Shown: piece by piece, positions 46,721 through 63,385 of the stretch
Layout of the letters: each line of letters begins with the position of its first letter
How positions within the stretch are numbered: the first letter of the stretch is position 1
Assembly: GCA_009914755.4 (NCBI GenBank)
Contig: CP086569.2
Span: 27,232,001 to 27,296,000 of the forward strand
Source of the DNA: the human T2T-CHM13v2.0 reference genome, Homo sapiens
Direction: 5' to 3'
Length of the DNA stretch: 64,000 nucleotides
Made by a program: the position numbers and the translations under genes
Notes under the pieces: model-generated
Seen by the model: the letters and a program-made list of their open reading frames with translations, nothing else
Database searches by the model: none
What the model was told of the DNA's origin: nothing

Positions 46721-47025
46721 TTTGCTTTTTGTTTTTGAGACAGAGTCTCACTCTGTCACCTGGGCTGGACTGCAGTAGCACAGTCACAGTTCACCACAGC
46801 CTTGAAGTCCAGGCTTAGATGATCCTGCCACCTCAGCCTCTTAAGTATGATAGCTGGGGTGACAAGCGCATGCCACCATGCCCGATTAATTTTTTTGTAT
46901 ATTTGGTAGAGATGGGGTTTTGTCAGGTTGCCCAGGCTAGTCTTGAACTGCTGGGCTCCAGCAGTCTACCTGCCTTGGTCTCCGAAATTCCTGGAATTAC
47001 AGGCATGAGCCACTGTGCCTGGCCT
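46721..47025 (-). mobile_element. Alu SINE (AluJ-like)
   Basis: tttgctttttgtttttgagacagagtctcactctgtcacctgggctggactgcagtagcacag...gtctccgaaattcctggaattacaggcatgagccactgtgcctggcc. Confidence 0.9.
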
Positions 47026-47504
47026 GGCTGCTTATCTTTTAATACAATAACTTAGAATATTTAGAATATTTTTAATGAATAGAGATTTAATTTGTACATA
47101 GGTCCATAGCCTTTTTCTATTTAATCTATCTAGAACTTATTTTTGTATATAGTATATCCTCTTTATTGCTCTGTTTTTTTCCTTTGCATTATATGTGCCA
47201 GTACCACTTGGCTGTCATTCATTCATTGATTCATTCAGGAAGGATATATACATTCTGCCCTCGTGGAGCATTCTAAGTTAAAAAGACTGTTGATCTACGT
47301 TATCTTTTATTCATATAGCCAATTATACTTTTGAAAAAAATACAATGTTACCAAGATAACATTAACCATCCTTTTTACTTTCAATCTACCTATATTGTGT
47401 TTAAGGTGAATTTCTTATGAACAGCATATAGTTGGTTCATGTTTTTATATCCACTGTGCCAGTCTCTGTCTTTTAATTGGTATACTTAGATTATTTACAT
47501 TTAA

Positions 47505-47859
<355 letters not shown>

Positions 47860-47984
47860 TCTTGGCTTCTTGTCAGCTGCCTGAACATTTTTCACAGTTT
47901 CATCTTGTTTCATTTATTTATTTAAAAATATAATTTGTATAGTATTCTTGATGGTTGCGATTATTTATGAAAATATTCATTAGT

Positions 47985-48280
47985 GGCCGGGCGTGATGGC
48001 TTACGCCTGTAATCCCAGCACTTTAGGAGTCTGAGGGAGGTAGATCACCTGAGGTCAAGAGTTCGAGACCAGCCTGACCAACATGGTGAAACCCTGTCTC
48101 TACTAATAATACAAAAATTAGCCGGAGTGCTGGCAGGTGCTTGTAGTCCCAGCTACACGGGGGCCTGAGGCAGGAGATCACTTGAACCCAGGTACAGAGG
48201 TTGCAGTGAGCCTAGATGGCCCATTGCACTCTAGCCTAGAATACAAGAGTGAAACTCTCTCTCTTAAAAAAAAAAAAAAG
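47985..48280 (+). mobile_element. Alu SINE
   Basis: ggccgggcgtgatggcttacgcctgtaatcccagcactttaggagtctgagggaggtagatcacctgaggtcaagagttcgagaccagcctgaccaacatggtgaaaccc... Confidence 0.9.
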
Positions 48281-48592
<312 letters not shown>

Positions 48593-48620
48593 TTAAGATA
48601 CGAGAAAAGCAACAAGTGTT

Positions 48621-48909
48621 TTCTTTTTTCTTTTTTTTTTTTTGAGACAGAGTCTTGCCCAGGCTAGAGTACAGTGACACATAGCTCACTGCTGCCTTGA
48701 CCTCCTGGGCTCAAGTGATTCTCCCATTGCAGCCTCCCATGTAGCTGGAACCATAGGCTCACACCACCCTGCCTAGCTAATGTTTTTATTTGTAGGGACA
48801 GGGTCTCACCATGTTGCCCAGGCTGGTCTTGAACTCCTGGGCTCAAGCTATTCTCCTGCTCAGCCCCTCAAAGTGTTGGGATTATAGGCATGAGCCACCA
48901 TGCCTGGCC
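48621..48909 (-). mobile_element. Alu SINE (AluJ-like), inverted relative to the two preceding Alus
   Basis: T-rich head, gagacagagtcttgcccaggctagagtacagtgacacatagctcactgctgccttgacctcctgggctcaagtgattctcc...cctcaaagtgttgggattataggcatgagccaccatgcctggcc. Confidence 0.9.
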
Positions 48910-49229
48910 TACATGAAATATATGCTTATTTGGTTTTGATTTTTACACTTTTATGAGGCCAAGATGAACCCCCATTACCCCCCAAAAAGGAACATCCTAC
49001 TAGCTTCACATTAGAAATGGAATATTTACACAATATAAACAGAGAAAACTGAGATGGGGTCATTAGGAGATTTAATAAGTCAGAGTAAATCTTAAAGAGA
49101 AATAGAATGAAATATCTAAGGTAAAGGCAGAAATTAATAGAAATAGTATAATAGGATCCATAAAGTCAAACACTAATTCATTTAAAAATCTAATAAATTT
49201 CTGTCCAGATTTATTTTTTAAAAAAGCTA

Positions 49230-49315
49230 AGTTTTAAAAAGGACCACAGTATGGCTGTCACCTTGATTACAGTCTTGTGAGACCCTGAGCAGGAGACTTT
49301 CAGAAACTGTGAGAG
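49230..49315. repeat. Copy 1 of an approximately 85-bp direct repeat (interspersed-repeat-derived, MER-type terminal sequence)
   Basis: taagttttaaaaaggaccacagtatggctgtcaccttgattacagtcttgtgagaccctgagcaggagactttcagaaactgtgaga, nearly identical to 50577-50662. Confidence 0.7.
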
Positions 49316-49553
<238 letters not shown>

Positions 49554-50199
49554 TCATGGGCAAATTACTCAAAACTATGTTATCAAAATAATTTTAATGA
49601 AATACTGAATAATCATTAAAGAAATTTGATTGGTATTTTAAAATCTTCCCAGAAAACAAACCCTAAACTCAGAGAAGTTTTCATGAATGTTCTACTGAAC
49701 ATTCAGGAAAAAAATAATTCCAATCTTATATAAATTATTCCAAAGCATAGAAAAAGAGGAAGCACTCCCCAATTAATCTCAATCATGAAGACAAATTTGA
49801 AAAATCCAAAGCAAGATAGTAAAGCAAATTCAGCAATGACTAGAAATCATTATCAAGTTGAGTTTGTTCCACAATGTCAGGGCCATTTAACAATGGAGGA
49901 GAAAGGTCACCCATTATCTCAAAAGATGCAGAAAAAAAAGTTTGGTAAACCTTGGTAGCCATTTATAATTTTTTAAAAAATAAATCTTAGAAAACTTGGA
50001 GTAGAAGAGAACTTTTTAAACCTGATAAGTGGCGTTTACAAAAAGCCTACAGCAAATATCTTACTTTATGCTGAAGTACTAAATGATTTCCTTTAAGATT
50101 ATAAATAAGAGCAGGATAATCACTATCATGATTTCAGCATTGTACTGGGGGCCTAGCCTATGCAGTACAGCAATAAAAAAAGTGATTAGGATTGGAAAT

Positions 50200-50700
50200 C
50201 CACTCTATAGTAACCCCAAGTAAATCACAACCTCTCTTTGATTGTGGATGAGACCTGAGACATGCTTCCAACAACAGAATATGGCTAAGGTGATGGGGAT
50301 AGTCCCTTCTTTGATTGGTTCATGTTATATGGCAAAAGTAATGGAATAGTTACTCTTGTGATTATGTTATGTTATAGAAGACTGCTTGTTAGTGGACTAG
50401 AGTGCACTATCATGTTGTAAGACGGCCTATGAATGAGCCACCTGGCAAGAAACCCTGGGGACCACTAGGAGCTGATGGAAACCCTCAGCTGACAGCCAGA
50501 ACAAGGCAGGGACCTCCATCCTATGGCTTCAGGTAAGGGAATCCTGCCAACAACCACCTGAGCTTAGAAGAGGACACTAAGTTTTAAAAAGGACCACAGT
50601 CTGGCTGTCACCTTGATTACAGCCTTGTGAGACCCTGAGCAGGAGACTCTCAGAAACTGTGAGAAAATAAGTGCATGTTTTAAGCCACGAAGTGTGAGGT
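50200..50700. mobile_element. Ancient interspersed repeat (MER-type; ends ...gagaaaataagtgcatgttttaagccacgaagtgtgaggttattcattatgcaccagtagacagctaataaag), containing copy 2 of the 85-bp repeat at 50577-50662
   Basis: Sequence texture matches a very common mammalian interspersed repeat (…tgtgattatgttat...aagactgcttgttagtggac...gccacctggcaagaaaccctgg...ctgacagccag...). Family name not assigned. Confidence 0.4.
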
Positions 50701-51011
50701 TATTCATTATGCACCAGTAGACAGCTAATAAAGGAAGAAAGAAACCTGTTATTAGAGACTAGATTACATAGAAAACAAAAGAATCTATGGCTAAATCATA
50801 AGAATTAACAGCATTTATTTGGCACTTTTGCAGTTGCATTTCTATATGCTAGCAACAAACGTAAAACATAATTTATAAAAAGTTAACATTTACAGTAGCA
50901 TCAAAAATATAAATAAATAAAATCTTAAAATATATGCAAGAAGATTTTGAGTAAGATGTTTTAAAACTTTAATGAAACACAGATTAGTAATAAAAATAAT
51001 AAAGAGATATA

Positions 51012-51320
51012 GGCTAGGCGCAGTGATTCATGACTGTAATCCCAGCACTTTGGAAAGCTGAAGCCGACAGATCACCTGAGGTCAAGAGTTCGAGACCAGA
51101 CTGGCCAACATGGCGAAACCCCATCTCTACTAAAAATACAAAAGTTAGTTGGGTGTGGTGGCACATGCCTGTAGTCACAGCTACTTGAGAAGCTGGGGTG
51201 GGAGGATCGCTTGAACCTGGGAGGTTGAGGTTGCAATGAGCTGAGATTATGCCGCCACTTCACTGCAGCCTGCGAGACAGAGCTAGACTTTGTCTCAAAA
51301 ATAATAATAATAATAATAAA
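51012..51320 (+). mobile_element. Alu SINE with (TAA)n tail
   Basis: ggctaggcgcagtgattcatgactgtaatcccagcactttggaaagctgaagccgacagatcacctgaggtcaagagttcgagaccagactggccaacatggcg...ataataataataataataaa. Confidence 0.9.
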
Positions 51321-51337
51321 GAGATTTAATTGGGTAG

Positions 51338-51742
<405 letters not shown>

Positions 51743-52002
51743 TAGGATTTGTCATGGAACTTCATAAATGTATTGTGAAATCATCATAGGGAGAAGCAAA
51801 GAACCAAGAAGAGCCAAAATACTCTTGAAAAAGAGGACGAGGTGAGAGAGTTGCCCTAATTTGAAAGCTTTCGAGATTTATTATAAAGCTATAGTAATTA
51901 GAAATGATACACACAGATAGTTAAATGGACTGGTGGAAAAGAATAGAGAACACAGAAATAGAACATTAGTATATGGAAATTTTACACGTGGTAAAATCAG
52001 TG

Positions 52003-52720
52003 CTATGGTTTTGTATTAGTCCATTTTCATACTGCTATGAAGAAATACCCAAGACTGGGTAGTTTATAAAGAAAAAGAGGCTTAGTGGACTCACAGTTCC
52101 ACATGGCTGGGGAGGCCTCACAATCAGAAAGCAAAGGAGAAGCAAAGGCACATCTTACACAGTGGCAGGCAAGAGAGCATGTGCAGGGGAACTGTCCTTT
52201 ATAAAACCATCAGATCTCATAAGACTTACTATCACAAGAGTAGCATGGGAAAAACCCACCCCGTGATTCAGTTACCTCCCATCAGGTCCCTCCCACTTCA
52301 TGTGGGGATTATGGGAGCTACAATTCAAGGTGAGATTTGGATGGGGACACAGCCAAACCATATCAAGTTTGAATGTTCCCTCCAAAACTCATGTTGACCC
52401 TTAATCCACAATGTGGCAGTATTGAGAGGTGGGGCCTTTAAGAGTTGATTGGATCATGAGGGCTCTGCCCTCAATGGATTAATCCACACATGGATTAATG
52501 GATTAATGGGCTATCATGGGAGGGCACTGGTGGCTTTATAAGAGGGAGAATCTAGCATAGCACCTGAGCATGCTCAGCCACTTCAGAACTCTGTAGAGAG
52601 TCCCCACCAGCAAGAAGTCTCTCACCAGATATGGCCCCTTGAGCTTGACATCTCAGCTTCCATAACTAAGAAATACATTCATTTCTTTATAAATTCTCTG
52701 CTTCATACCATACATACAAA
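52003..52720. mobile_element. MaLR-type LTR retrotransposon fragments (THE1-like about 52003-52365 in minus orientation, adjoining an MST-like segment about 52405-52720)
   Basis: Reverse complement of 52003-52365 reads tgatatggtttggctgtgtccccatccaaatctcaccttgaattgtagctcccataatccccacatgaagtgggagggacc..., matching the start of the THE1-type LTR as I recall it. The second part begins tgtggcagtattgagaggtggggcctttaagag... (MST-like). Family assignment from memory. Confidence 0.45.
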
Positions 52721-52780
52721 AAATCCAATTCTGTCGGATTTATGATTTAAATGATGAACAAAATTTGAAATGTTTGAAGC

Positions 52781-53428
<648 letters not shown>

Positions 53429-53473
53429 TTAAGATATCAAAAGCATAATCTCTGAATAAATTTGACTATGTTA

Positions 53474-55330
<1,857 letters not shown>

Positions 55331-55657
55331 AAGGAATGAATGGAAATGGGCACATAAATGTAGATATGCAGTGCCTCGTCGTTAGTAGAGTCTCAGAATT
55401 ATCAGATTCCAAGATAATTCCTACACAAAAACAAGCAAACAAATGGCATGTTATCTTGAATGAAAAGACCATCCATATTCTAATAAACTGAGACAATCAA
55501 GTAGGGAATCCCTCTTTTAAGGTTGGCATTTGTTGTATGCTTGGAAGTGATTTGAAGCAGAAATTGGTTGTGAATAAATCTTCTCCTTATTAATAAAACA
55601 GAAGCTTGTTTTTAATGTCATATTATCCCTGCCAAGAAATTAAAAATCCTGGAGGTA

Positions 55658-56002
<345 letters not shown>

Positions 56003-56359
56003 TTACTTATAACCTCAATCATTTATTAATCAACCTAAATTTAATCCTTGATTTTATAATATCTTTCTATAGAGTTTTGTTTTGGTTTTGCTTTGTTTTT
56101 AGAAAAGGCAGGTGCATTTACCTTCTTAGGGGATGACCATTGGTATTTTAAAAAATAATACATTTGCTGAGAATTCCTTAAATTTTTCTAATTTCCACTA
56201 GCCAGTGATGACATTGTCCCTTTTTTGCAGAAAAGTTTGGAAGATGATGATACCACCACAGTTCACACCATGTTGCTAAAAACATTTTTCGTTTGACCAT
56301 TTATACATTTGGTTCTAAAGAAGGTGTTATCCTTAGATTCTTGGATCTAACAAATATAT

Positions 56360-56650
56360 TTTTTTTTTTTTTGAGGAATCTCACTCTGTCACCTGGGCTA
56401 GAGTGCAGTCTGTGATCTCAGCTCACTGTAACCTCCACCTTCTGGGTTCCAGGGATTCTCCTGCCTCAGCCTCCTGAGTAGCTGGGACTACATGTGCCCG
56501 CCACCATGCCTGGCTAATTTCTGTATTTTTGGTTGAGATGGGGCTTCAGTATGTTGGCCAGGCTGGTCTCGAACTCCTGACCTCAAGTGATAACGCCCGT
56601 CTCGGCCTCCGAAAGTCCTGAGATTGCAGGCATGAGCCACCTTGCCCAGC
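56360..56650 (-). mobile_element. Alu SINE
   Basis: Poly-T, gaggaatctcactctgtcacctgggctagagtgcagtctgtgatctcagctcactgtaacctccaccttctgggttccaggg...gcctccgaaagtcctgagattgcaggcatgagccaccttgcccagc. Confidence 0.9.
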
Positions 56651-57169
56651 AAGAGTATGTTATCTTAAGATTCTTGCCTCATTACTATTCTTAAAATTGC
56701 TCTAAAACTTGCTTAAACAATCAGATTTAAATTATGTAAATACAGACAACAAAACTCTTAATTGTAAAGGTGCTTTTAAAATTCATGCATTTATACATGG
56801 CATGCAAATTGGCTACAAATTGGGAAGATTTTATTCTAAGTAACCAAATCTTAAAGAGCTAAAGCAAACCTGCTTTATAAAATACATTAATTCAAGGACT
56901 AAGCAATTCCTGAAAACAGACTGATTTACTGTGCTTCTTAATATTTCCTCAAACTAGAATATGAGTGATGGTGGTAGAAGGAGGAAGTAGCTCATACTTG
57001 GAGGAACAAACAGCTGCTGGAATATGCTTGTGGTTTAGAGCTTCTTTGAAAAATCCTGTTAACTGCAAAAGAAAGGAAGGACTAATATTTTCCATGATTT
57101 CAGTAACATCTTTATGAAGATACTCCTTTTGAATGTGGTACAGAAAGTTAGAAAACACTTAGGCATGGT

Positions 57170-57570
57170 ATCTGGCATAGTGCCCCCAAGGGAGCATTTC
57201 ATAAACAGATGGTCTGTGGCTTATGATGCTTTGACTTAAAATTTTTCAACTTTATGATGGTTCCAAAGGCAATGCACATTCAGTAGAAACCATACTTCAA
57301 GTCCCCATACAACTATTCTGTTTTTCATGTTCAGGATGTTGTTCCCATAAATTACATGAGCTATTTAACACTTCATAATAAAATAGGATTTGTGTTAGAT
57401 GATTTTGCCCAACTGTAGGCTGATGTAGTGTTGAGTATGTTTAAGGTAGGCTAGGCTAAGCTCTGATGTTCAGTAGGTTAGGTATATTAAAGGCACTTGA
57501 CTTATGATATTTTCCCTTCCTAATAAACACATCGTAAGTCAAGAAGCACCTGTATCTGATAGAGGTCTAC
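57170..57570. mobile_element. Tigger-like (TcMar) DNA-transposon fragment
   Basis: ...ggctgatgtagtgttgagtatgtttaaggtaggctaggctaagctctgatgttcagtaggttaggtatattaaaggcacttgacttatgatattttc...catcgtaagtcaagaagcacctgta, closely resembling the Tigger1 terminal region as recalled. Confidence 0.5.
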
Positions 57571-58959
57571 CTTTACCAATTTAAATTGACAAATTTAATA
57601 TTCCTGTCTTGTTTTTAAATTGAAGAACAATAGCAGATCTGAAATAAATACCGCAGTTAGCTTTGCATTTTGACTATTTATTGAACAGTTCAGAGGGCAA
57701 GGTAGCAAAGAGAAACGCTCTGAGTGTGTCTTTGATTGCCAGCTCCTTAATTGTCAACAATTCTACAGTGGCTTTCCTGTATTTTTCTGTGCTTTTTTCT
57801 GTTCTCTTCTCTGCTTTGGAGTCAGAAACTTCAGTTCAAATCCCTGCCGTGACAACATAACAATCTATCAGCCTGTTTCCTCCTTCATAAATGATGGCTA
57901 TAATTTCCATCTCACAGGATTTGTAAGTGTTTGAATTGAATGAGGTAATGTATTAATACATACTACTTGGTTCAAAAATAATATCCGTCTCTTTCCACAT
58001 GCTTCTTAGAACTCCAGTGCCACGATGGACAAAGTGAGCCACTTTCTTCACTGTCCAATATCAATTTGGGAATGGCAGCTTGCTGCGTTTGTATTTTCAG
58101 ATTTAGTTAACATTACCTTCCATCAGTGAAATAGAATACTTAATCTTTATTATGTATTCCTCTCATTTTCCAATATCTTTAAAGTTATTTTATCACTATT
58201 TTAAAAATCAATCTTGTGAACTTTTGCTTTTGCATGGAGGAAAGTGGGATTGGTCAAACATTGAAATGGGGTGATTGGTTCTTTAATTTCTCTGTATTTA
58301 GTCCTACACCTAATAGCTTCAAGCTCTCTCCTAGGAAGACAGGACTCTGGGTATGTCCAAATGAGTAAACACTCTTAATGACTTTTCTCTGTCGTATGCC
58401 ATAATATCTTTTTGAGTGTTCCAGAGAACTGAATAAAAGTAGATCTCTCCATATTAACTAAATGATAATGGCTAACATCTGTGTGGTACTTTGCATATAT
58501 AGTGTTTTCACATATAACACTCATTCATTAATTTGTTAAGTATTTACTGAGCTCTGCCATGTGCTTTGCCTCTACTAGACATCAGAGTATAGTATAATGA
58601 AGTACTCCTTGACCTTGAGGTGTCATCATAAATTGACTTCCCAAGAAAGCCTTCTCCTCCTGCTTTGTTAAGTCACTCCTCCCTTCTTATTGTCTAGTAC
58701 CATACTCTGTCTCCTTTACAATATTTTCTGTGCTGATCTCCTTAAAGGTAGGGGTTGTGTCAGTTTCTGTCACGTCTGTGAGGTCCTGACTGTAAGACCT
58801 AGGTATTGCTAGGCCCAAAATGGGCACTTAAAATCAGTTGAGTGAGTGGAAGAATGGATGAAGGCAACATGCTCATAGGAAAGAGACAGGCTACAGATTC
58901 ATTGCTACAGAATGTGATGGGTACTAAGGCAGAGAGGTGGGTTAAGGGCATTGTGTTAG

Positions 58960-59592
58960 TCTGTTTTGAGCTGCTGTAACAGAATACCACAGACTGGGTA
59001 ATGTATAAAGAACAGGAATTTGTTTTCTCAGAGGTCTGGACGCTAGGAAGTCCAAGATGAAGGCACTGGCAGGTTCATTTATCTGGTGAGCGTCTAGTCT
59101 CTGCTTCCAAGATGGCATCTTGACTGTTGCATCCTTGAGGAGTGGGGGAAGAATGCTGTGTTCTCATTCCATGGATGAATGGATAAACAAAATGAGGTAT
59201 AGATTTACAGCGGAATATGATTCAGCCTTGAAAGAAGTGCAGTTCTTATATATGCTACAACATAGATGAAACTTGAGGACATTATGCTAAGTGAAGTAAG
59301 CCAGTCACAGAAGAACAAATATTATATGATTCTGCTTATGTGAGACACCTAGAATAGGCAAATTCATAGAGACGGAAAGTAGTTTCCATGGGGTGGGGGT
59401 AGGGGAGAATAGAGTTAGTGTTTAATGAGTATAGACTTTCTGTTTGGGATAATTTTTTTAAAAGTTCAGGGAATGGATAGTAGAGATGGCTACATAACAG
59501 TGTGAATGTACTTCACACCACTGAATTGCACACTTAAACATGGTTAAGATGGTACATTTTTTTGTGTATTTTACCAAAAGAAAAAAAAAATT
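58960..59592 (+). mobile_element. Ancient L1 (L1M/L1P-class) 3' end terminating in poly-A
   Basis: ...ataccacagactgggtaatgtataaagaacaggaatttgttttctcagaggtctggacgctaggaagtccaagatgaaggc... then atggataaacaaaatgaggtatagatttacagcggaatatgattcagccttgaaagaag...ttaaacatggttaagatggtacattttttt...aaaaaaaaaa; a common old L1 3'-UTR pattern. Confidence 0.55.
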
Positions 59593-59594
59593 TA

Positions 59595-59868
59595 GGGCCA
59601 GGCAAGGTGGCCTACATCTGTAATCCCAACACATTGGGATGCCGAGGTGGGAGGATCACTTGAGCCCAGGAGTTTGAGACGAGCCTGGGCAACATAGTGA
59701 GACCCCATCTCTTAAAAACAAATGGTGGGTGCCTATGGTCCCAGATACTCAGGAGGCTGAGGTGGGAAGATCACTTGAGCCCATGAGTTCAAGGCTGCAG
59801 TGATCTGTGATCATGCCACTGCGCTCCAACCTGGAAAACGGAGTGAGACCCTGCCTCAAAAAAAATTT
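59595..59868 (+). mobile_element. Alu SINE (older) inserted at the L1 poly-A
   Basis: gggccaggcaaggtggcctacatctgtaatcccaacacattgggatgccgaggtgggaggatcacttgagcccaggagtttgagacgagcctgggcaacatagtgagacc... Confidence 0.85.
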
Positions 59869-60992
59869 GTATGATAAAGCACAGACCATGTATATAATAA
59901 AGATACTTCAGCCATTTGAAGGAGTGTTGTGTTCTCAAGCCAAAGAGAGAAGCACATATTATCCCCAAAAAACACACAGTTAGCAAAGCATCCAGGGAAG
60001 CTGGAAGTGCTGGTGTTTGGTGGCTGAGGTTAGTAGATGTGACTGCTCTGTTCTTGGCACCCCATGGGTACTTATCATCATCTTCTTAGCCACCACTGAC
60101 AGGGTCCTGCTTGACAGACTGACCCTGTGCTGTGTATATCACATACATTATCACTGAATTTTTGAAACACCTTATAAAGTAGACATTATTCCAATTTATA
60201 GGAATTTAATACCTTTCTGAAATTTGCTAAGTGGTGCAGCCAGCACTTAAAGCCTAGATCAGCAGACTCCAATAATGAAGTATTTTCCTCAGTATATCCC
60301 AAGGATAGCTTTTAAGAATAATTGTATGGACAATCTGGAGTAAAAGGAATATGAATTTCTTCATTTAGGTTCAGCAAGATGCCCTGACAAGATGACCACA
60401 AATGCAGGAATGTTGGAGTGGTAGTTAATATTTAGATGAGAAATCATTAAAGAGTGGAATAGTAATGTGAGTTTCTGGGGCTACTTCAGTAGGGCATTTT
60501 GGAGCTGATTGAGGGGGCAAAAATTAAAGCCAGAAAGCTCAGTGGGGCAAATGTCATAGTGGCCACAGAGAAACAAAGTTTCAAAATGAGATGCTAAGTG
60601 AGAAACAGCAACTGAGACAAGAAGTAATGTTTCCAGGATCACAATGGGCATAAGGAGAATTGTTCTTTTAGACTCTGGGTGAGCTTGCAGTAATCCAAGG
60701 ATGGGTGATTTAGGCCACTGAACTCTGGCTCTAAGTACAGCTCTAATCCCTAAACTTTCACCAAGAGGGATCAGGAGAAGAAAGGGGAGGAGGGGAGTCA
60801 GGTGTGCCACATATCTGCTACTGAAAAATGCCTGGATGGGAAAGGAGTTTGAAATGTTGTCCTAAAATGAAGTTTCTGAGTTAGATGGGCTGAATTTTAC
60901 CATGTGTTCACTGTTATTACTGTGTAAAATCAAGAGATTTAAATGAGACTAAGATCTAATTAGCTTTCTGAGATATTGAAAACTGAGAACCT

Positions 60993-61110
60993 GGCTGGGC
61001 ATGGTGGCTCACGCCTGTAATCTCAGCACTTTGGGAGGCTGAGGCAGGTGGATCACCTGAGGTCAAGAGTTTGAAACCAGCCTGGCTAACATGGTTGAAA
61101 CTCTGTCTCT
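60993..61110 (+). mobile_element. Alu left-arm fragment (3'-truncated)
   Basis: ggctgggcatggtggctcacgcctgtaatctcagcactttgggaggctgaggcaggtggatcacctgaggtcaagagtttgaaaccagcctggctaacatggttgaaactctgtctct. Confidence 0.85.
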
Positions 61111-61295
61111 CTTATCAGTGAGAACCAAACCTGAGTCTGCAGTCTTAGGGCAGGGGCCCAGACAATGACAGGGGCTCTTCTCTTTGAGACTTGTCACCTA
61201 GAACTCATTGTCACTGGAAGCCAGAGCCTAAATGACACTATCAGTTTCCTTGGGTTACAAGAACAAGTTTTCATTAATTAATTAATTATTCATTT

Positions 61296-61583
61296 ATTTT
61301 GAGACAGACTCTTGCTGTGTTGCCCAGGGGCTGGAGTACAGTGGCACGATCTTGGCTCACTGCAACCTCTGCCTCTGGGTTCAAGTGATTCTCCTGCCTC
61401 AGCCTCCCGAGTAGCTGGCACTACAGCCACATGCCACCACACCTGGCTAATTTTTTTTATTTTCAGTAGAGACAGGGTTTTGCCATGTTTCGAGGCTGGG
61501 CTTGAACTCCTGACTTCAGGTTATCCGCCCACCTCAGCCTCCCAAAGTGCTGGGATTACAGGCGTGAGCCACCACGCCTGGCC
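61296..61583 (-). mobile_element. Alu SINE
   Basis: gagacagactcttgctgtgttgcccaggggctggagtacagtggcacg...gcctcccaaagtgctgggattacaggcgtgagccaccacgcctggcc. Confidence 0.9.
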
Positions 61584-62021
61584 AAGTCTGAGTTTTTACT
61601 GGGGAAGCCAAGTAGCAGTTCAGGGACTTGTGGCCACCAACTGTCTCTGAGATTCAAGGTCTATTCTTTCTACTGGGGACTGAGATGGGCGGATAACCAT
61701 GCAGACTTAAGGAGGAGTCATATGAATGATTCAGCCTGGGAGGAAGTCTGAGCTAGCTATAACTGGAGGAATAATTTCCCTCTGTAGGAATTCCTGCTCT
61801 ACCTACTTATTATAGGAGTAAAGTGGTCATGATTTAAACAGTCTTGTCTATACCTGTTATGTTATAAGGATGTGTTAATGGCCCTATCTGCTAAGAGTGA
61901 GTTGTTCTTAAAAATAAAATAAAAATTAGTAAATTTATACACACACTATTTGTTATGCAAATCCTAAGAGTGATGTTCCAAAAAAACAAATTTTGGAAGT
62001 AAATAAGTATATAAATAGGCT

Positions 62022-62180
62022 TTTTTTTTTTTTGAGATGGAGTTTTGCTCTTGTTGCCTAGGCTGGAGTGCAGTCATGCAATCTCAGCTCACTGCAGCCT
62101 CCGCCTCTTGGATTCAAGCGATTCTCCTGCCTCAGCCTCCTGAGTAGCTGGGATTACATGTGTCCGTCACCACTCCCAGC

Positions 62181-62239
<59 letters not shown>

Positions 62240-62275
62240 TAATATATATATTTATATATATTTATATATATATAT

Positions 62276-62307
<32 letters not shown>

Positions 62308-62432
62308 TTTTTAGTAGAGAAGGGGTTTCACCACATAGGCTAGGCTGGTCTTGAACTCTTGACCTCAGGTGATCCACCTGCCTCAGCCTCCCAAAGTGCT
62401 GGGATTGCAGGCATGAGCCACCGCACCAGGCC
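62022..62432 (-). mobile_element. Alu SINE carrying a (TA)n expansion of about 115 bp in its central A/T linker
   Basis: Poly-T, gagatggagttttgctcttgttgcctaggctggagtgcagtcatg...cccagctaatt[TA-rich]ttttttttttttagtagagaaggggtttcaccacataggctaggctggtcttgaactcttgacctcaggtgatccacctgcctcagcctcccaaagtgctgggattgcaggcatgagccaccgcaccaggcc. Confidence 0.9.
62185..62299. repeat. (TA)n / (TATATATTTA)n microsatellite inside an Alu
   Basis: atatatatatatat...tttatatatatattaatatatatatttatatatatttatatatatatatttatatatatatatatatatat. Confidence 0.9.
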
Positions 62433-62756
62433 TAGAAAGGTACTTTAGATAGTGCCAGAGTTGAGGATTTGGCCTGCGACTTACTGTAGTTGCCACACTG
62501 CAGTTTCCACACTGTGGCCTTAGAACAGTCTTATCCAGTCCTGAAACCCCAGTGCCTTGGAAACATCAGGACTGGTCAGAAGGACAGTAAGTCCTCAAGG
62601 CATCAGCCTCTGCTCCTCCTGACAGATTGAGGGGTAAGTATTCCAAGCTCTCTGCAGGACCCATAACCTGGATGTGGACACCAAGTCCTGCTAGGATCTG
62701 CTTCCAGAAGAGTTGATCCCAGTCATGAAACTGTCCTGATGCCTTCATCCTGTATC

Positions 62757-62940
62757 AGCCTCGTGAGTAGCCAGTAGCTGGGACCACAGGGGCGCACCAC
62801 CACACCTGCCCAATTTTTTTTTGTTGAGACGGGTTTTGTCATGTTGCCCAGGCTGGTCTGGAACTCTTGAGCTCAAGTGATGTGCATGCCTCAGTCTCCC
62901 AAAGTGCTGGGATTATAGGCGTGAGCCACCACACGCAGCC
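62757..62940 (-). mobile_element. Alu partial (lacks one arm end)
   Basis: cagcctcgtgagtagccagtagctgggaccacaggggcgcaccaccacacctgcccaatttttttttgttgagacgggttttgtcatgttgcccaggctggtctggaactcttgagctcaagtgatgtgcatgcctcagtctcccaaagtgctgggattataggcgtgagccaccacacgcagcc. Confidence 0.85.
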
Positions 62941-63039
62941 AAATTTGTGATCTTTTATGCATTGTTTCTCTCATGTAGCATGTTTTCAAGTTTTATCCAA
63001 CTTGCAGTGTATTAATGCTGAATAATACTCCATTGTGTA

Positions 63040-63360
63040 GATATACTATATTTTTATTTTTTTAATTTTATTTTTAATTGGTACACAACAAATATTTGTA
63101 CATATTTATGGGGTACAGATGATATGTTGTTACATGCATAGAATGTGTTATGACCAATCAGGGTATTAAAGGTATCTGCCACTTTGAGTATTTGTCATTT
63201 CTGTATGTTGGAAACATTTCAAGTCCTCTTTTAGAGCTATTTTGAAATATACTATACATTGTTGTTAACTGTAGTCACCCTACTCTGCTATAGAACATTA
63301 GAACTTATTCCTTCTGTCTAACTGTATTAACCAACCACTCTTCCCTGCCAACCGACACAC
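63040..63360 (-). mobile_element. Older L1 3'-end fragment
   Basis: ttaattggtacacaacaaatatttgtacatatttatggggtacagatgatatgttgttacatgcatagaatgtgttatgaccaatcagggtattaaaggtatctgccactttgagtatttgtcatttctgtatgttggaaacatttcaag... typical of L1P/L1M 3' UTR in reverse complement. Confidence 0.6.
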
Positions 63361-63385
63361 ACTTCCCAGTTTCTGTTATCTGGTA

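Noticed and set aside
56231-56297. cccttttttgcag followed by a 22-codon ORF (KSLEDDDTTTVHTMLLKTFFV*)
   Set aside because: No recognisable homology (not striatin-like); short; likely chance.
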